Assembly: GCA_012798315.1 (NCBI GenBank)
Contig: JAAZNL010000004.1
Span: forward strand, 1 to 62,279
Length of the DNA stretch: 62,279 bases
Source of the DNA: a candidate division WWE3 bacterium
GTDB taxonomy: Bacteria; Patescibacteriota; WWE3; UBA101185; UBA10185
Reading direction: 5' to 3'
The notes beneath the pieces are model-generated. The model was not told the DNA's origin, did no database searches, and was given only the letters and a program-made list of their open reading frames with translations. Below, piece by piece: positions 10,620 through 21,797 of this stretch (position 1 is its first letter; every line of letters starts with the position of its first letter). A program made the position numbers and the translations under genes.

Positions 10620-11824
10620 ACACGAACCAAAGTCCGAAATATAACATCATAATGCTGTCCAACCAATTGTGGTCATATCCTTTGTGGACAAACAAAAAAC
10701 ACGTATCTACCAGGTTAGCCAAACTCGGACATAACGTGCTTTTTGTTGATCCACCAATAAACACGGGAAGATTGTTCGCAAGGCAGCTGCTTAAAGGAAA
10801 GTGGACATTAAAAAGATTAATCGAAAAAACCACTAAGGAAGACGAAATAACAGTTTTTTCACCTTTAGATTATTCTCCAAATCACGAAAAAATGGCAGCC
10901 CAACACGTAGAAACAATCCGACGGCTGGAAGACAAATTGTTTGATTCTTCCCGAAAGACTATACTTTGGATTTATCACATGGAAATTCAGGGATTAGAAC
11001 ACTATGTGGAAGATTTACCTTACGATATTCTGGTTTATGACTGTGTAGATAATTATGCAGGCTTTCCGAAATACGATACTTCTCAAAAAAAAGCAGCGAT
11101 AAACGCACAGGAAAAATATCTGGCATCAAAGGCCGATATCGTATTCGCTACTGCTCCCGGTCTGGTAGAAAAACTTAAAAAATATAATCCTAATGTGCAT
11201 TTCACACCAAATGTTGGTGATTATGAAAGATTTATTAAAGCGCGCGACCTTAGGGATCAGTTACCAGAAGATATAGCATCTATCCCGAGGCCCAGAATAG
11301 GATTTACCGGCGCAGTTGATAGCTATAAGTTTGACAAAGAACTTGTGCGCAAAATTGCGGAAGATTATCCAGGGTATTCATTTATTTTGATCGGGCCTAT
11401 GGCGTTGGAGGACAGAGAGGCGACTGTTAACGAACTTGGCTTAAATGGCCTTAGGAATATTTATTTTTTGGGTACAAAAGAGTACTCTGATATGCCAAAA
11501 TATTACGCTGGTTTCGATGTGACGATAATTCCTTATCTGTTAAATGACTACACTGTTGGCGGATGTTTCCCTGTAAAATTTCATGAAGGATTGGCGGCTG
11601 GTGTTCCAAGTGTCGTAACTAACTTACCGGCGTATGCCCCTTTTGCTGATGTTTGTTATATATCAAAAAGCGCAAATGAGTTTTCTCAAAATATACGAAG
11701 GGCGCTCGAGGAAGATTCCGAGGCAAAAGTGAAAGAAAGACAACGTGTTGCTAAGGATAATAATTGGGAAGGCAAGGTCGCCAAAATGCTAGCATTAATT
11801 CAAAATTTTATTGATAACCAATGA
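10616..11824 (+). CDS. GT-B glycosyltransferase (TuaH-like)
   Basis: YDCVD, PRPRIGFTG and PVKFHEGLAAGVP motifs. Confidence 0.85.
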   Translation: MNTNQSPKYNIIMLSNQLWSYPLWTNKKHVSTRLAKLGHNVLFVDPPINTGRLFARQLLKGKWTLKRLIEKTTKEDEITVFSPLDYSPNHEKMAAQHVETIRRLEDKLFDSSRKTILWIYHMEIQGLEHYVEDLPYDILVYDCVDNYAGFPKYDTSQKKAAINAQEKYLASKADIVFATAPGLVEKLKKYNPNVHFTPNVGDYERFIKARDLRDQLPEDIASIPRPRIGFTGAVDSYKFDKELVRKIAEDYPGYSFILIGPMALEDREATVNELGLNGLRNIYFLGTKEYSDMPKYYAGFDVTIIPYLLNDYTVGGCFPVKFHEGLAAGVPSVVTNLPAYAPFADVCYISKSANEFSQNIRRALEEDSEAKVKERQRVAKDNNWEGKVAKMLALIQNFIDNQ

Positions 11825-12969
11825 AAATTCTATATGTTTTAAATTCCGGAACTCCCGGAGGTATGGAACAACACGTTTTATATTTGGTAAAGGGTATGAT
11901 CGGGCTGGGCCACGAAGTTCATGTTTGGTGTAAACCCGGAGAAATTTATGGATGGTTCGAGCAGGTTGGCGCTAAAATGACGGAGGCTCAAATAAAATAC
12001 GATATTGACCCAACATATATTTCTGCGCTGGGACATTATCTTGAAGATAATCATATTGATGTAGTGCATGCCCATGAACTTAAAGCGGTAGTCAATTCTC
12101 TGATCGCCTCAAATAAATTTTCGGTTAAAGTAAAAGTTACTCACACTCATACCCCTATTTCGGAGTGGCCTGCAGGCGGAATGTTAACCGGCGTAAAACG
12201 TTTTATACAATTTAAATTGTATTCACACTACGTAAATAAGTATGCTTCGGTGGAAATTGCTTTAACTGAATCACGTAAAAAGGTAAAAATGCGTGAAGGT
12301 ATTACAGAAAGTAAATTAAGAATTATACCCAACTGTTTTAATTCAGAAGCCTTTACAGTGGCCGATGAAATGCGTGAAAATTTTAGACGTGAAATCAGGA
12401 TTAAGTACGGAATTCCGCTGGACGCACTTGTATTTGTAAATGTAGGGAGGCTATCAGTTGAGAAAAATCAGGAATTTCTGATAAACGCCTTTTCCGATTT
12501 AGATATCCCGAAAAATTCCAATGTTTATCTGCTTTTTGCCGGAGGGGGAATATTGGAAAACCATTTGAAAGATGTAGTTGAATCTAAGAAAATCAAAGAA
12601 AAAGTAATATTTACGGGCATTTTCTCCCAGGAAAATCTCCCAAAATTTTATTATGCCGGGGATGTCTTTGTATTTCCGAGTAAAGCCGAAGGTTTCGGTT
12701 TGGTATTAATAGAAGCCCTAGCGGCGGCGATGCCTGTATTAGCTTCGGATTTGCCTGTTTTAAAGGAGGTAGGATCCGACACTGTTGATTATTTTTCGTT
12801 ACACGACAAAGCGTATTTAACAAAAATGCTGCAGGGCTACGTAAAATATTTTAGTGAAAATGGTGTAATTCCACTTAACGTTAAGGGTCAGGAAAGAGTA
12901 AACATGCTTTATACGGAGCAGGCTTTTGTAGCAGCGTACGAAAATTTGTATAAGGAACTTTTAGGGTAA
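11821..12969 (+). CDS. GT4 glycosyltransferase
   Basis: GGMEQH, VGRLSVEKN and PSKAEGFGLVLIEA motifs. Confidence 0.9.
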   Translation: MKILYVLNSGTPGGMEQHVLYLVKGMIGLGHEVHVWCKPGEIYGWFEQVGAKMTEAQIKYDIDPTYISALGHYLEDNHIDVVHAHELKAVVNSLIASNKFSVKVKVTHTHTPISEWPAGGMLTGVKRFIQFKLYSHYVNKYASVEIALTESRKKVKMREGITESKLRIIPNCFNSEAFTVADEMRENFRREIRIKYGIPLDALVFVNVGRLSVEKNQEFLINAFSDLDIPKNSNVYLLFAGGGILENHLKDVVESKKIKEKVIFTGIFSQENLPKFYYAGDVFVFPSKAEGFGLVLIEALAAAMPVLASDLPVLKEVGSDTVDYFSLHDKAYLTKMLQGYVKYFSENGVIPLNVKGQERVNMLYTEQAFVAAYENLYKELLG

Positions 12970-12976
12970 TCTTGTT

Positions 12977-14101
12977 ATGAAAATACTAATGGTAGGAAGA
13001 CCTGACCTTTTTAAATATTATGGCGGAGATAGGGTACAGGTAGAAAATACCGCAAAAGAATTGCGTAATCTTGGGGTTGATGTACAAATAGACACCGGAT
13101 GTATCTCGGATTACTCGGGATACGATTTAATTCACGTTTTTCAATTGGACTGGAACCCTGATAGTTTTTTTATTGTTAAAAAAGCCAAAAAAATGCATTT
13201 ACCCGTTGTTTTATCCGCAATCCATCACAATGTCGGTGAGGTAACCCGCTTCGATAACGAGTATGCTTTTGACTACCGCCGTCTCTCCAGATTTTTATTT
13301 AAAGATCAGTTTAAACGCGATACTTTTAAGGATATTTACCGAACGATTTTGAATTACAAACGTTTACCTGTAACTGTATTCGAAGTTTTTTACGGGCTTA
13401 AAAAAATGTACAAGTGGGTTTTGGAAAATTCTAATATGGTATTGGTTCAAACAGTTAGAGAGGCCGCCGATCTAAAAGAGACATATAACGTTCAATTTAA
13501 ATGGGCCAAAGTTTGCAATGGTGTAGGGCAGGTCTTTTTAGATAAATACACATCAGATACAACTTTAGGAATTAGAAACTACATATTATGCGTCGGAAGA
13601 ATTGAACCACGGAAAAATCAGTTAAGTATTATTGAAGCGGTTAAGAAATTACGTGCAGAAACTAAAGAAGATATTAAACTGGTTTTTGTCGGTGCAAAGA
13701 GTAAACACAAACATTACGAGTATTTTTACCTTTTTAACAAAGAACTAGATGAAAACCACTGGATTAAACATATTAATTTTATGAATTACGAATCCATGCC
13801 GTCATTGTACTCAGACAGTAAAGTTTGCGTATCTGCCAGCTGGTTTGAAACCACGGGATTAACTAGTTTAGAGGCGTTAATGTGCGGTGCAAATGCCGTA
13901 GCCTCGGGGGATCGCGCCAAAGAATATTTAGGTGAATATGCCAGCTATTGCGATCCCGGAGACGTTGAATCTATAAAAGCAGCAATAAAAAAAGAATATT
14001 ATGCGCCTAGGCCCGAACTTTCGGAAACTTTTAAGAATAGTTACACATGGAAAAATACAGCAAAAGAGACGCTGGAGGCTTATAATAGTTTGTTGAACTA
14101 A
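12977..14101 (+). CDS. GT4 glycosyltransferase
   Basis: GGD, VGRIEPRKNQ and ETTGLTSLEA motifs. Confidence 0.9.
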   Translation: MKILMVGRPDLFKYYGGDRVQVENTAKELRNLGVDVQIDTGCISDYSGYDLIHVFQLDWNPDSFFIVKKAKKMHLPVVLSAIHHNVGEVTRFDNEYAFDYRRLSRFLFKDQFKRDTFKDIYRTILNYKRLPVTVFEVFYGLKKMYKWVLENSNMVLVQTVREAADLKETYNVQFKWAKVCNGVGQVFLDKYTSDTTLGIRNYILCVGRIEPRKNQLSIIEAVKKLRAETKEDIKLVFVGAKSKHKHYEYFYLFNKELDENHWIKHINFMNYESMPSLYSDSKVCVSASWFETTGLTSLEALMCGANAVASGDRAKEYLGEYASYCDPGDVESIKAAIKKEYYAPRPELSETFKNSYTWKNTAKETLEAYNSLLN

Positions 14102-14103
14102 CT

Positions 14104-17100
14104 ATGCTAAACACAATTTTGGAATTATCTGCATTTATTGGAATTTTGGGACTTGGATATATATTGGTCCTGAAAAATTTTAATTTAACGATTTATATAC
14201 TTTTATTGGGTTCGGTTTTACTTCACAAAGAGTTATTCAGTTTTTACAGGTGGGATTTATTGCCGATTAGAGCATTGATGTTTGGTGTTTTGTTAGCTGC
14301 CTTAACTAAATTTGCGTTATATGTAAAAACCAATAAAAAATTTCCTGGATTTCAACTTTTTATTGATCAGCCTTTTCTTTTAATGCTGACAATTCTTTGG
14401 GTAGTCAGGGGACTTTCAATTTTATTCAGTTTTAATTTGGAGGCTTCGGTATTGTTATTTGGATTTTTTACTACGGTTGTAGCGCTTGGAATTTTGTTGC
14501 TAGGATACTTAAAAGGACAGCCGGAAAAGGCTTTGAGTTATCTAAAGTTTTATATATATGTTGCCTTCGGTCTTTCGTTGTTTGGTTTTGTACAGTACTT
14601 TTATCATTTTAAAACCGGTAAAGTTATAGGCTCTTTTTGGGTAATACCGGGAAATATACCAAGAGTGGGATCTTTGTTTTGGGATGTGAACCACTATGGC
14701 GCGCTGATTGCCGCGCTTGTCCCTGTATCCGCGGTCTTAGTATTAATAGAAAAAAAAGCTTTACATAAAATACTTTTTGCCGTTATTACGGTAAGTTTAT
14801 CCATTTCGTTGGTGCTAACAAACTCCAGAACATCTTTGCTAATGGATGGGGTTGCAGTTGCCATTTTTGTAGGCATTCTTTTTCTCAGGAAATTCGGGCG
14901 TAAAGGCGTTTTATTTGTTATGCTGCTTTTTGTTTTTTTGTCCCTTCCTCCGATTTTGGAATACAACCGAAAAGGGAGTGCTTTTAGAGAAAAAGTTAAA
15001 CAATATTTAAATTACCGTGTAGATTCTTCGGATTCGCACTTTTTATTAATATTGGGCGCGTACCAGATATTCGAAGAGTATCCTATTTTAGGCGGTGGCT
15101 ACGGTAGTTTTTTTGAGCATTTCGGTAAAACTCAAGCCGGTCCTTTATATTACGGCAGAGATCCCGCAGCATTAACAAATAGGGTACCGGCGCATACTAT
15201 TTGGGGGGAACTGATAGCGGAAACCGGAATTATAGGATTGTCTGTATTTATTCTATTAATTGGAATAATGACCGGTAGTCTTGGTTATTTAGCATTACGT
15301 TCAACTAATAAATCAACCTATTTATTAAGCAGTGCTATGTTAGGTGTTGTATTGGGGTGGATGGTATCCGGTATCTTTTATTCGTATAACGCGGAATTTT
15401 TTTGGCTGATAATGTTTTTGTTTTTTGGCTTTGGATATGCTGAATTACATAGAGAATTTACGCTAAATCAGGTTGTCAGTTATTTCGCAAAATCAGTAAT
15501 TCCTTTTGCCACAGTATTTTTTATAGCGGCATTTCTGATATTTGTGAAATTAGGTTCGGTTAGTCTTATACCTTGGGATGATGCGATATATGCAAAAATT
15601 GCCAAAAACATGGTGTATACAAACGAATATATTACGCAAAATTGGGTACCGGGCAAAGTGTGGTACGAAAAACCTCCTCTTTTTATGTGGCTGGTAGCCA
15701 TGTACTTTAAGTTGTTTGGTTTTACTGATTTTGCCGCCAAGCTCCCAAGCGCTTTGGCGGGGTTGGGGACTGTAATGCTTGTGTTCGTATTTGCAAAAAG
15801 GTTTTTTGGTAAAACGGCGGGATTCATAGCAGCATTTTCACTTGTTACCACCGTACAGTATCTTTTTTACTCACGTATGGCCATGACTGACGTTCTTTGT
15901 GCCTTTTTTATGACGGCGTCTTTAGCAATTTATTACAGTAAGAGATTTGATTCACAGCTTAATTTTCTTACGATTTTAATTTCAGGGCTTTTTGTGGGCT
16001 TAGCCGTAATGACAAAAGGTGTAGTTGGTTTAATTCCATTAGCCGTCATGGGTTTATACGAAATATACTTATTATTCAGCCGGCAACAAGAAGCGTTGGG
16101 AAAGTCGGTTTTACATTTGTTTGGTGTTTTGCTGGTTTCCGCTGTTATTTTTATGCCTTGGCATTACAGAATGTTCCAATTATATGGTAATAGTTTTCTA
16201 AACAACTACATTGGATATCACGTTTTTGCGCGGGCCACCGAAGATATAGAAAATAAAGAACAGCCGATTTACTGGTACATTATTATTCTAAAAGTAAGCA
16301 TGCGCTTGTGGTTTATATCATTGTTGGGTGCACTGCCTTATTCAGTTGTAAGTCTTTATAAATCTAAAAACACAAAAACAGTTAACTCCTTGGCTTTTAT
16401 TTTAATTTGGGCAGGTTTTATTTTTGCGTTTTTCTCGGTACCAACATCCAAATTAATCTGGTACATTATTCCGCTTTACATTCCGCTGGCTGTTTTAAAT
16501 GGTTATTTTGTAAGTAGTATTTATAACCATATATCGCAAAAGTTTGAACTACTCCAGAATTCCGTTGTTAAATTTTTACTATTTTACATTTTTGGCATTG
16601 TGATTTTAGGTTATACGTTTTTGGTTCGGAATATGATATACGTTCCGGATTCAACCGGAAGTATCGCCAGGCTTTTAAAGTTAAAAGATACTTCATTTGG
16701 TATTGAACAGTTTGCATATTTAGATAGGGTGGATTTACCTTTAGCTTACTACTACACGGACGGAAAATTTAAAATAATTGACTTTAACGCTGAAAAGCCG
16801 GAGAGGATTCCCCAGGTTGGCTTTGACGATAAGCTCGTAATGCTAACAAAAAAAGGCAGATTCGTGGATAAGCTCCCACAATACGATTATTACGCGACAG
16901 TTGTTAAAGAAGATGGAGATTATATCTTGTGGTATTACGAGTCCAAGAGGAACTACTATACCTCGGCGTTAGAAGATGCTAATAAAAGGTGGGCGGAATT
17001 ATCCGCAACAATTACCCAAAAATATAAGGTAGTCATCAATGCGCCCTTGGAAATGCAACAAGAATACAGCTTATTGGTAGATAAAGTAAACGAATACTCA

Positions 17101-17124
17101 GACATATTGATGCTGCATCAATGA
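14104..17124 (+). CDS. Fusion of an O-antigen ligase (Wzy_C/WaaL-like) domain and an ArnT/PMT_2-like GT-C domain
   Basis: N-half: R-GS-F-D-N, TNSRT, PILGGGYGSF, AHT-W-E-IAETG. C-half: WDDAIY, EKPPL, TKG, YIIPLY. Confidence 0.8.
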   Translation: MLNTILELSAFIGILGLGYILVLKNFNLTIYILLLGSVLLHKELFSFYRWDLLPIRALMFGVLLAALTKFALYVKTNKKFPGFQLFIDQPFLLMLTILWVVRGLSILFSFNLEASVLLFGFFTTVVALGILLLGYLKGQPEKALSYLKFYIYVAFGLSLFGFVQYFYHFKTGKVIGSFWVIPGNIPRVGSLFWDVNHYGALIAALVPVSAVLVLIEKKALHKILFAVITVSLSISLVLTNSRTSLLMDGVAVAIFVGILFLRKFGRKGVLFVMLLFVFLSLPPILEYNRKGSAFREKVKQYLNYRVDSSDSHFLLILGAYQIFEEYPILGGGYGSFFEHFGKTQAGPLYYGRDPAALTNRVPAHTIWGELIAETGIIGLSVFILLIGIMTGSLGYLALRSTNKSTYLLSSAMLGVVLGWMVSGIFYSYNAEFFWLIMFLFFGFGYAELHREFTLNQVVSYFAKSVIPFATVFFIAAFLIFVKLGSVSLIPWDDAIYAKIAKNMVYTNEYITQNWVPGKVWYEKPPLFMWLVAMYFKLFGFTDFAAKLPSALAGLGTVMLVFVFAKRFFGKTAGFIAAFSLVTTVQYLFYSRMAMTDVLCAFFMTASLAIYYSKRFDSQLNFLTILISGLFVGLAVMTKGVVGLIPLAVMGLYEIYLLFSRQQEALGKSVLHLFGVLLVSAVIFMPWHYRMFQLYGNSFLNNYIGYHVFARATEDIENKEQPIYWYIIILKVSMRLWFISLLGALPYSVVSLYKSKNTKTVNSLAFILIWAGFIFAFFSVPTSKLIWYIIPLYIPLAVLNGYFVSSIYNHISQKFELLQNSVVKFLLFYIFGIVILGYTFLVRNMIYVPDSTGSIARLLKLKDTSFGIEQFAYLDRVDLPLAYYYTDGKFKIIDFNAEKPERIPQVGFDDKLVMLTKKGRFVDKLPQYDYYATVVKEDGDYILWYYESKRNYYTSALEDANKRWAELSATITQKYKVVINAPLEMQQEYSLLVDKVNEYSDILMLHQ

Positions 17125-18314
17125 TATCGGGCTATTGTTACACCGGTTACAATTAATGCTGTAGTAGCAGCTAGTAAATTAGCATATGCCAGGCCCTCAA
17201 TACCGAACTGTCTGCTTAGTATCAATGCTGCTATCATAAAAACAACTAATTTACTTACGTTTACCCAAAGTATATTTTTAGTTTGATTTTCAACAAGAAA
17301 ATAGTTTTCCATAAATGTATGAATTGCCGAAAAGGCAGAAGCAAAAATTAATATGTCTAAAACTTTAATAGAACCCTCGAACTTTTCTCCAAATACGAGT
17401 TTTATAAAAACACCGGAAACAGCAATTGCCAAAAAAGCGAGAATTATTATTCCAAACGAAATTAAAATTGTTTCTCCGATATCGTAGGTTTTTTTCTGTC
17501 CTTTAAGTCTGGCATTTTTCGGCAGTAGAACAGTAAAAATCGACAAGGATACTAACGCAAAAATATTACTGATTTTGCTGGCCAGTGAAAAAGTTCCGAC
17601 ATCGTTGTAATTACGAACATACTTAGTAATTGTGTTATTAATCGCGGGCCACGCTTCCTGAACGAGTTGAGAAAATCCGGAAGGTAACCCCTTTACAATA
17701 AAAGTACGGACATGAGTAAAGTTAAATTTAAAATGTTTCGCGCCTTCCGGAAGGAATGGAAATAAAATTACATCCGCAAAAATGGATAATGAGAAAAAAG
17801 CGAAGGCGTTTACCAAGTTTAAATGTATGGTATTTAGCAATACAAAAACTGCTGCAATGGTTTTAACTAATGCAGGTAACGTATTTAACAAAATTAATTG
17901 GGTATATTTTTCTTCTTTTTGAAAATGAGCATAAAAAGTAAAGTTGATTGTGTAGGCTACTAAGCCGGCCACAAAAATTAAACTTAACCACACGTTTGTT
18001 GGAAAAAAATAGTTAACAATTCCAAGTGAGACAAGAGCGACAACGCTTAACAAAATTATCTTTAAACTATGAAAAGTCTCGGTTATGGATTTATCATCTT
18101 CATTTGTAAGGTATTTTGTAACGTAAATTGAGTTAGAGCCAAAATCGATTAGTTTAACGCACACTAATAAAATGCTCGTAAGTAAGGCGTATTTGCCAAA
18201 ATCTTCAAGTGAAAGCGTTTTAGCCACAACTGCTAAAAAGAAGAATCCTATTCCTGCATTTAAAATGTTTCCGCCCGACACAAATGCTATTTTTACAAAA
18301 GATTTCCTAAACAC
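17118..18314 (-). CDS. wzx: Wzx-type oligosaccharide flippase
   Basis: About 12 TM; L-EDFGKY and DFG motifs; C-terminal FGIEGLA; glycan locus context. Confidence 0.8.
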   Translation of the reverse strand: MFRKSFVKIAFVSGGNILNAGIGFFFLAVVAKTLSLEDFGKYALLTSILLVCVKLIDFGSNSIYVTKYLTNEDDKSITETFHSLKIILLSVVALVSLGIVNYFFPTNVWLSLIFVAGLVAYTINFTFYAHFQKEEKYTQLILLNTLPALVKTIAAVFVLLNTIHLNLVNAFAFFSLSIFADVILFPFLPEGAKHFKFNFTHVRTFIVKGLPSGFSQLVQEAWPAINNTITKYVRNYNDVGTFSLASKISNIFALVSLSIFTVLLPKNARLKGQKKTYDIGETILISFGIIILAFLAIAVSGVFIKLVFGEKFEGSIKVLDILIFASAFSAIHTFMENYFLVENQTKNILWVNVSKLVVFMIAALILSRQFGIEGLAYANLLAATTALIVTGVTIARYH

Positions 18315-18357
18315 AGCCTAATTTTACCTCATAAACCGAATCTGAGATAATAAGCGC

Positions 18358-19494
18358 ATGAAAACAATTGGAATAGATGGTCGTTTTTATGGGGAAGCCG
18401 GTCCGGGACGCTACGTAAAGAATATTGTAACTTTTCTGGAGAAAGTTGATAAAGATAATAAATATATAGTTTTTTTAAGGCCAAAAGGAATAGAAGAATA
18501 TAAACCATCAAATCCGAACTTTACCAAACAGATAGCCGATTACAAATGGTATTCGTGGGGTGAGCAAATCGGATTTCTGGTCAGACTTTTGTCAAACAAG
18601 CTGGATTTATTTTATGTTCCCCATTTCAACTTTCCGGTTTTGTATCCAGGTAAACTCGTAACCGCAATACCCGATTTAATAATGCATACATACAGCACTG
18701 AAAAAGGCACGACCTTGCCTAAACCATATTTTAGATTTAAAAAATTTGTCTATAAATTAGTAGTGCATTTAGCAGTTAAGCGTTCGTTTAAAGTCATAGT
18801 TCCTTCTTTTGATGTTCTTAATGATTTTCTAAAAGTGTTTCCTCAATATACGAGAAATAAATATATCGTTGCCGTCGAAGGAGTTGATCCGGCATTCCTT
18901 AATCAGGAATATTCAGAAGAAGGTATAAATACAAAAGTTGAGGGAAATTATCTTTTATATGTCAGCAGCATGTACGAACACAAAAACGTACCACGCCTTG
19001 TAAGAGCCTTTAAAATACTTCGTGATAAATACAAATTGGATCTCAAGCTAGTGTTAGCGGGCAAAAAAGATAAGTATTCGCTGGCGGTTGAAGATTTGGT
19101 GAATTCACTTGGTTTACAGGATTATGTCCTTATACCAGGTAACAAAGCTCCGGTGAGTGATAATGAGTCTAAATATTACCGTAAACACGCCTTATTGTAC
19201 GTTTTTCCATCATTAAAAGAGGGTTTTAGTTTAACACCTATGGAGGCTCAAAGCTTCGGTTTGCCATGTATAATTTCGGATATTCCTGTGCACAGAGAAA
19301 TATATAAAGACACGGTGTCTTATTTTGATCCCGGGAACGAAGAAGATATAGCAGCAAAGATCGCCGCACTTTTAGCAAATCAACAGTTGCAAAAAGAATT
19401 AATAGAAAAAGGTTTAAATCATTACAAAAAATTTGATTGGATTAAAACTGCTGAAATAACTAAAAGTGTCTTTGATGACGCTCTAAAAAATTAG
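18358..19494 (+). CDS. GT4 glycosyltransferase (mannosyltransferase-like)
   Basis: IGIDGR, HKN and FPSLKEGFSLTPMEA motifs. Confidence 0.9.
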   Translation: MKTIGIDGRFYGEAGPGRYVKNIVTFLEKVDKDNKYIVFLRPKGIEEYKPSNPNFTKQIADYKWYSWGEQIGFLVRLLSNKLDLFYVPHFNFPVLYPGKLVTAIPDLIMHTYSTEKGTTLPKPYFRFKKFVYKLVVHLAVKRSFKVIVPSFDVLNDFLKVFPQYTRNKYIVAVEGVDPAFLNQEYSEEGINTKVEGNYLLYVSSMYEHKNVPRLVRAFKILRDKYKLDLKLVLAGKKDKYSLAVEDLVNSLGLQDYVLIPGNKAPVSDNESKYYRKHALLYVFPSLKEGFSLTPMEAQSFGLPCIISDIPVHREIYKDTVSYFDPGNEEDIAAKIAALLANQQLQKELIEKGLNHYKKFDWIKTAEITKSVFDDALKN

Positions 19495-20621
19495 TTTATT
19501 TTGTGAATATAATCTATTAATTTTTTTGCGGAGTCGAACCATGTGTATCCTTGTGCGTAAACTGCACCCTTTTCTGTCATAGACTCCGTACTTTCTTCTA
19601 CCAGTTTTATAATTGCTTCCGACATTCCTTTTGTATCCGTTGGATTAGCGTAAAATACGCTATCTTTCCCAAGTTGTTTATGCGGCGGAATTGAAGAAAC
19701 GGCACAGGGTATTTTAGATGTCATCGCCTCTAATAAAGTTAGGCTGAAGCCTTCTTCAAACGAAAAATTTACAAAACCTTTTGCACTCGCAAAAAGAAGT
19801 GGTAAATTTTCCTGAGGAATCCATCCTAAATATATAACGGATTCGCTTAAGTTTTCTTTTTTGATGCTTTCAAAAATATCTTCATAATTCCATCCCTTCT
19901 TTCCAACTAAAACCAAATTAATTTCTTCCACTTTTTTACTGTTTTTCCGGGCTAAACTAAAAGCCCTTATTAATCCGACCACGTTTTTTCTCGGTTGTAG
20001 AGTTGATACAAAAAGCAGGTAATTGTTTTTTATACCGTATGTATCTTTAATCTTTTGTTTTTGTTGAATATCGTAGTTTTTGCGAAAATCGTCTGAAACA
20101 CCTTCGTGTATCACACGTATATTATTGGAACTTGAAACCAACCCGGCATTTAATATTTGTTCTTTAGTGTATTCGGAAGGAACTACTATCAGTCTAGCTG
20201 TATTACACGCATATTTTAGCAAATTCCATTGAAGTAAAAACCTGAAACTTATTTTGGAAAACTGTTTGTTGGATTTAATTTCTAATCCATGAACCATAAT
20301 TACAACTTTAGTATTTTTAGGATATATAACCGGTACGGTATGTTCCGGACTAAAATAAAACTCAGGAGAATCTTTAAATAATTGTCGGCTTAAGCCATTA
20401 TGTGTCCAGGACAGGCTACTTTGTATTTGTGTAAATTTAACATACGGAAAATCGGTATGAAGTTTATCCAGTAAAGAATCTTTTTTTAAATCCCGATAAT
20501 AAAGCAAAAAATCCTGATCTTTAAAATCTTTAAATAATGTTCTGTACAAATTATAAGTAAAATATTCAGGACCTGCCGGCTCTAAAGATTCAAGTATTTT
20601 ACCGTTTAGTGCTATAGCCAT
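19491..20621 (-). CDS. GT4 glycosyltransferase (mannosyltransferase-like)
   Basis: STLQPRKN and EEGFSLTLLEAM motifs; TATAAT 7 nt before ATG 20621. Confidence 0.9.
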   Translation of the reverse strand: MAIALNGKILESLEPAGPEYFTYNLYRTLFKDFKDQDFLLYYRDLKKDSLLDKLHTDFPYVKFTQIQSSLSWTHNGLSRQLFKDSPEFYFSPEHTVPVIYPKNTKVVIMVHGLEIKSNKQFSKISFRFLLQWNLLKYACNTARLIVVPSEYTKEQILNAGLVSSSNNIRVIHEGVSDDFRKNYDIQQKQKIKDTYGIKNNYLLFVSTLQPRKNVVGLIRAFSLARKNSKKVEEINLVLVGKKGWNYEDIFESIKKENLSESVIYLGWIPQENLPLLFASAKGFVNFSFEEGFSLTLLEAMTSKIPCAVSSIPPHKQLGKDSVFYANPTDTKGMSEAIIKLVEESTESMTEKGAVYAQGYTWFDSAKKLIDYIHKIN

Positions 20622-20660
20622 CATAGTGATTATACCTTGTGCTATAGTATTTCCATAACT

Positions 20661-21785
20661 ATGAAAATCGCAGTAGTTTCAGATGATCTTATTCAACACG
20701 GTGGACAGGAACGTGTGACCGATGCTTTTTTAGATATTTTTCCTACTGCAGTGCTTTATTCAAGTGCAATTTCACCTGAATGGAAAACATATCTAAAGTC
20801 AAAGAATGTAAAATTTCACGTATCTTTCGCGGATAAAATTCCGTTCTTTTATAAACTCTATCGTTATTACGCGCCTTTTTTAATGCACAACTTAGCATTT
20901 GAGAGTTTTAATTTAAGTGAATATGATCTGGTTCTATCCAGTTCTTCCCGTTTTGCGCACACGATTTTAACGAAACCAAAGACAGTTCATGTTTGTTATA
21001 TGCATTCTCCCGGGCGTATGTTTTGGCTGACTGATGATTATTTTAAAAACGAATCGTATGGAATTTTAAAACCATTAAAGAAATTTGCCAAAAGCTTTTT
21101 ATCTTACTTTTTGTTATATCAACGCATGCTGGACTATGTCGCAGCCCAAAGAGTTAATGTCTTTTTGACTAATTCGGAAGTAGTAAAAAAAAGAATCAAA
21201 AAATTTTATGGCAGAGAAAGTAGTGTAATTCACCCTTTTATTGATCTTAAACCATTTAAAAAATTAGTTGCAAAAGATGGTGATTACTTTTTGGTTGTCA
21301 CACGCCTTGCCGCCTGGAAACGGGTTGATATAGCAATTGAGGCCTGTATGGATTTAAATTTAAAGTTAAAAATTATAGGTGATGGTCCCGACATGCCGCG
21401 TTTGGTAAATTTAGCGAAAAAATCCCCTTTAATTGAATTTATGGGAGCAGTACCCGATGATGTGAAATTAGATACTTTAGCGGGTTCTAAAGCGTTAATA
21501 CAAACACAGTATGAGGATTTTGGAATAGTACCTTTAGAAGCCAATGCCACAGGGAAAGTGGTTTTAGCATACGGCAAAGGCGGCGTGCTAGAAACAATGC
21601 AAAAAGGTAAAACCGCGGAATTTTTTTACAGTCAAAATGCAGAATCAGTAAAACAATTGTTGATTAGCTTTGATAGTACCAGGTATGATATAAAGGAGTG
21701 CACAAAAAATGCTGAAAGATTCGATTTAAGCGTGTTCAGACAAAATGTGTTAAATTTCATAAACAGCATTGGCAGTGTATACTGA
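20661..21785 (+). CDS. GT4 glycosyltransferase (WbaZ-like)
   Basis: GGQER, YMHSP, RLAAWKRVD and EDFGIVPLEA motifs; start at ATG 20661. Confidence 0.9.
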   Translation: MKIAVVSDDLIQHGGQERVTDAFLDIFPTAVLYSSAISPEWKTYLKSKNVKFHVSFADKIPFFYKLYRYYAPFLMHNLAFESFNLSEYDLVLSSSSRFAHTILTKPKTVHVCYMHSPGRMFWLTDDYFKNESYGILKPLKKFAKSFLSYFLLYQRMLDYVAAQRVNVFLTNSEVVKKRIKKFYGRESSVIHPFIDLKPFKKLVAKDGDYFLVVTRLAAWKRVDIAIEACMDLNLKLKIIGDGPDMPRLVNLAKKSPLIEFMGAVPDDVKLDTLAGSKALIQTQYEDFGIVPLEANATGKVVLAYGKGGVLETMQKGKTAEFFYSQNAESVKQLLISFDSTRYDIKECTKNAERFDLSVFRQNVLNFINSIGSVY

Positions 21786-21797
21786 TAGAGAAAATTT

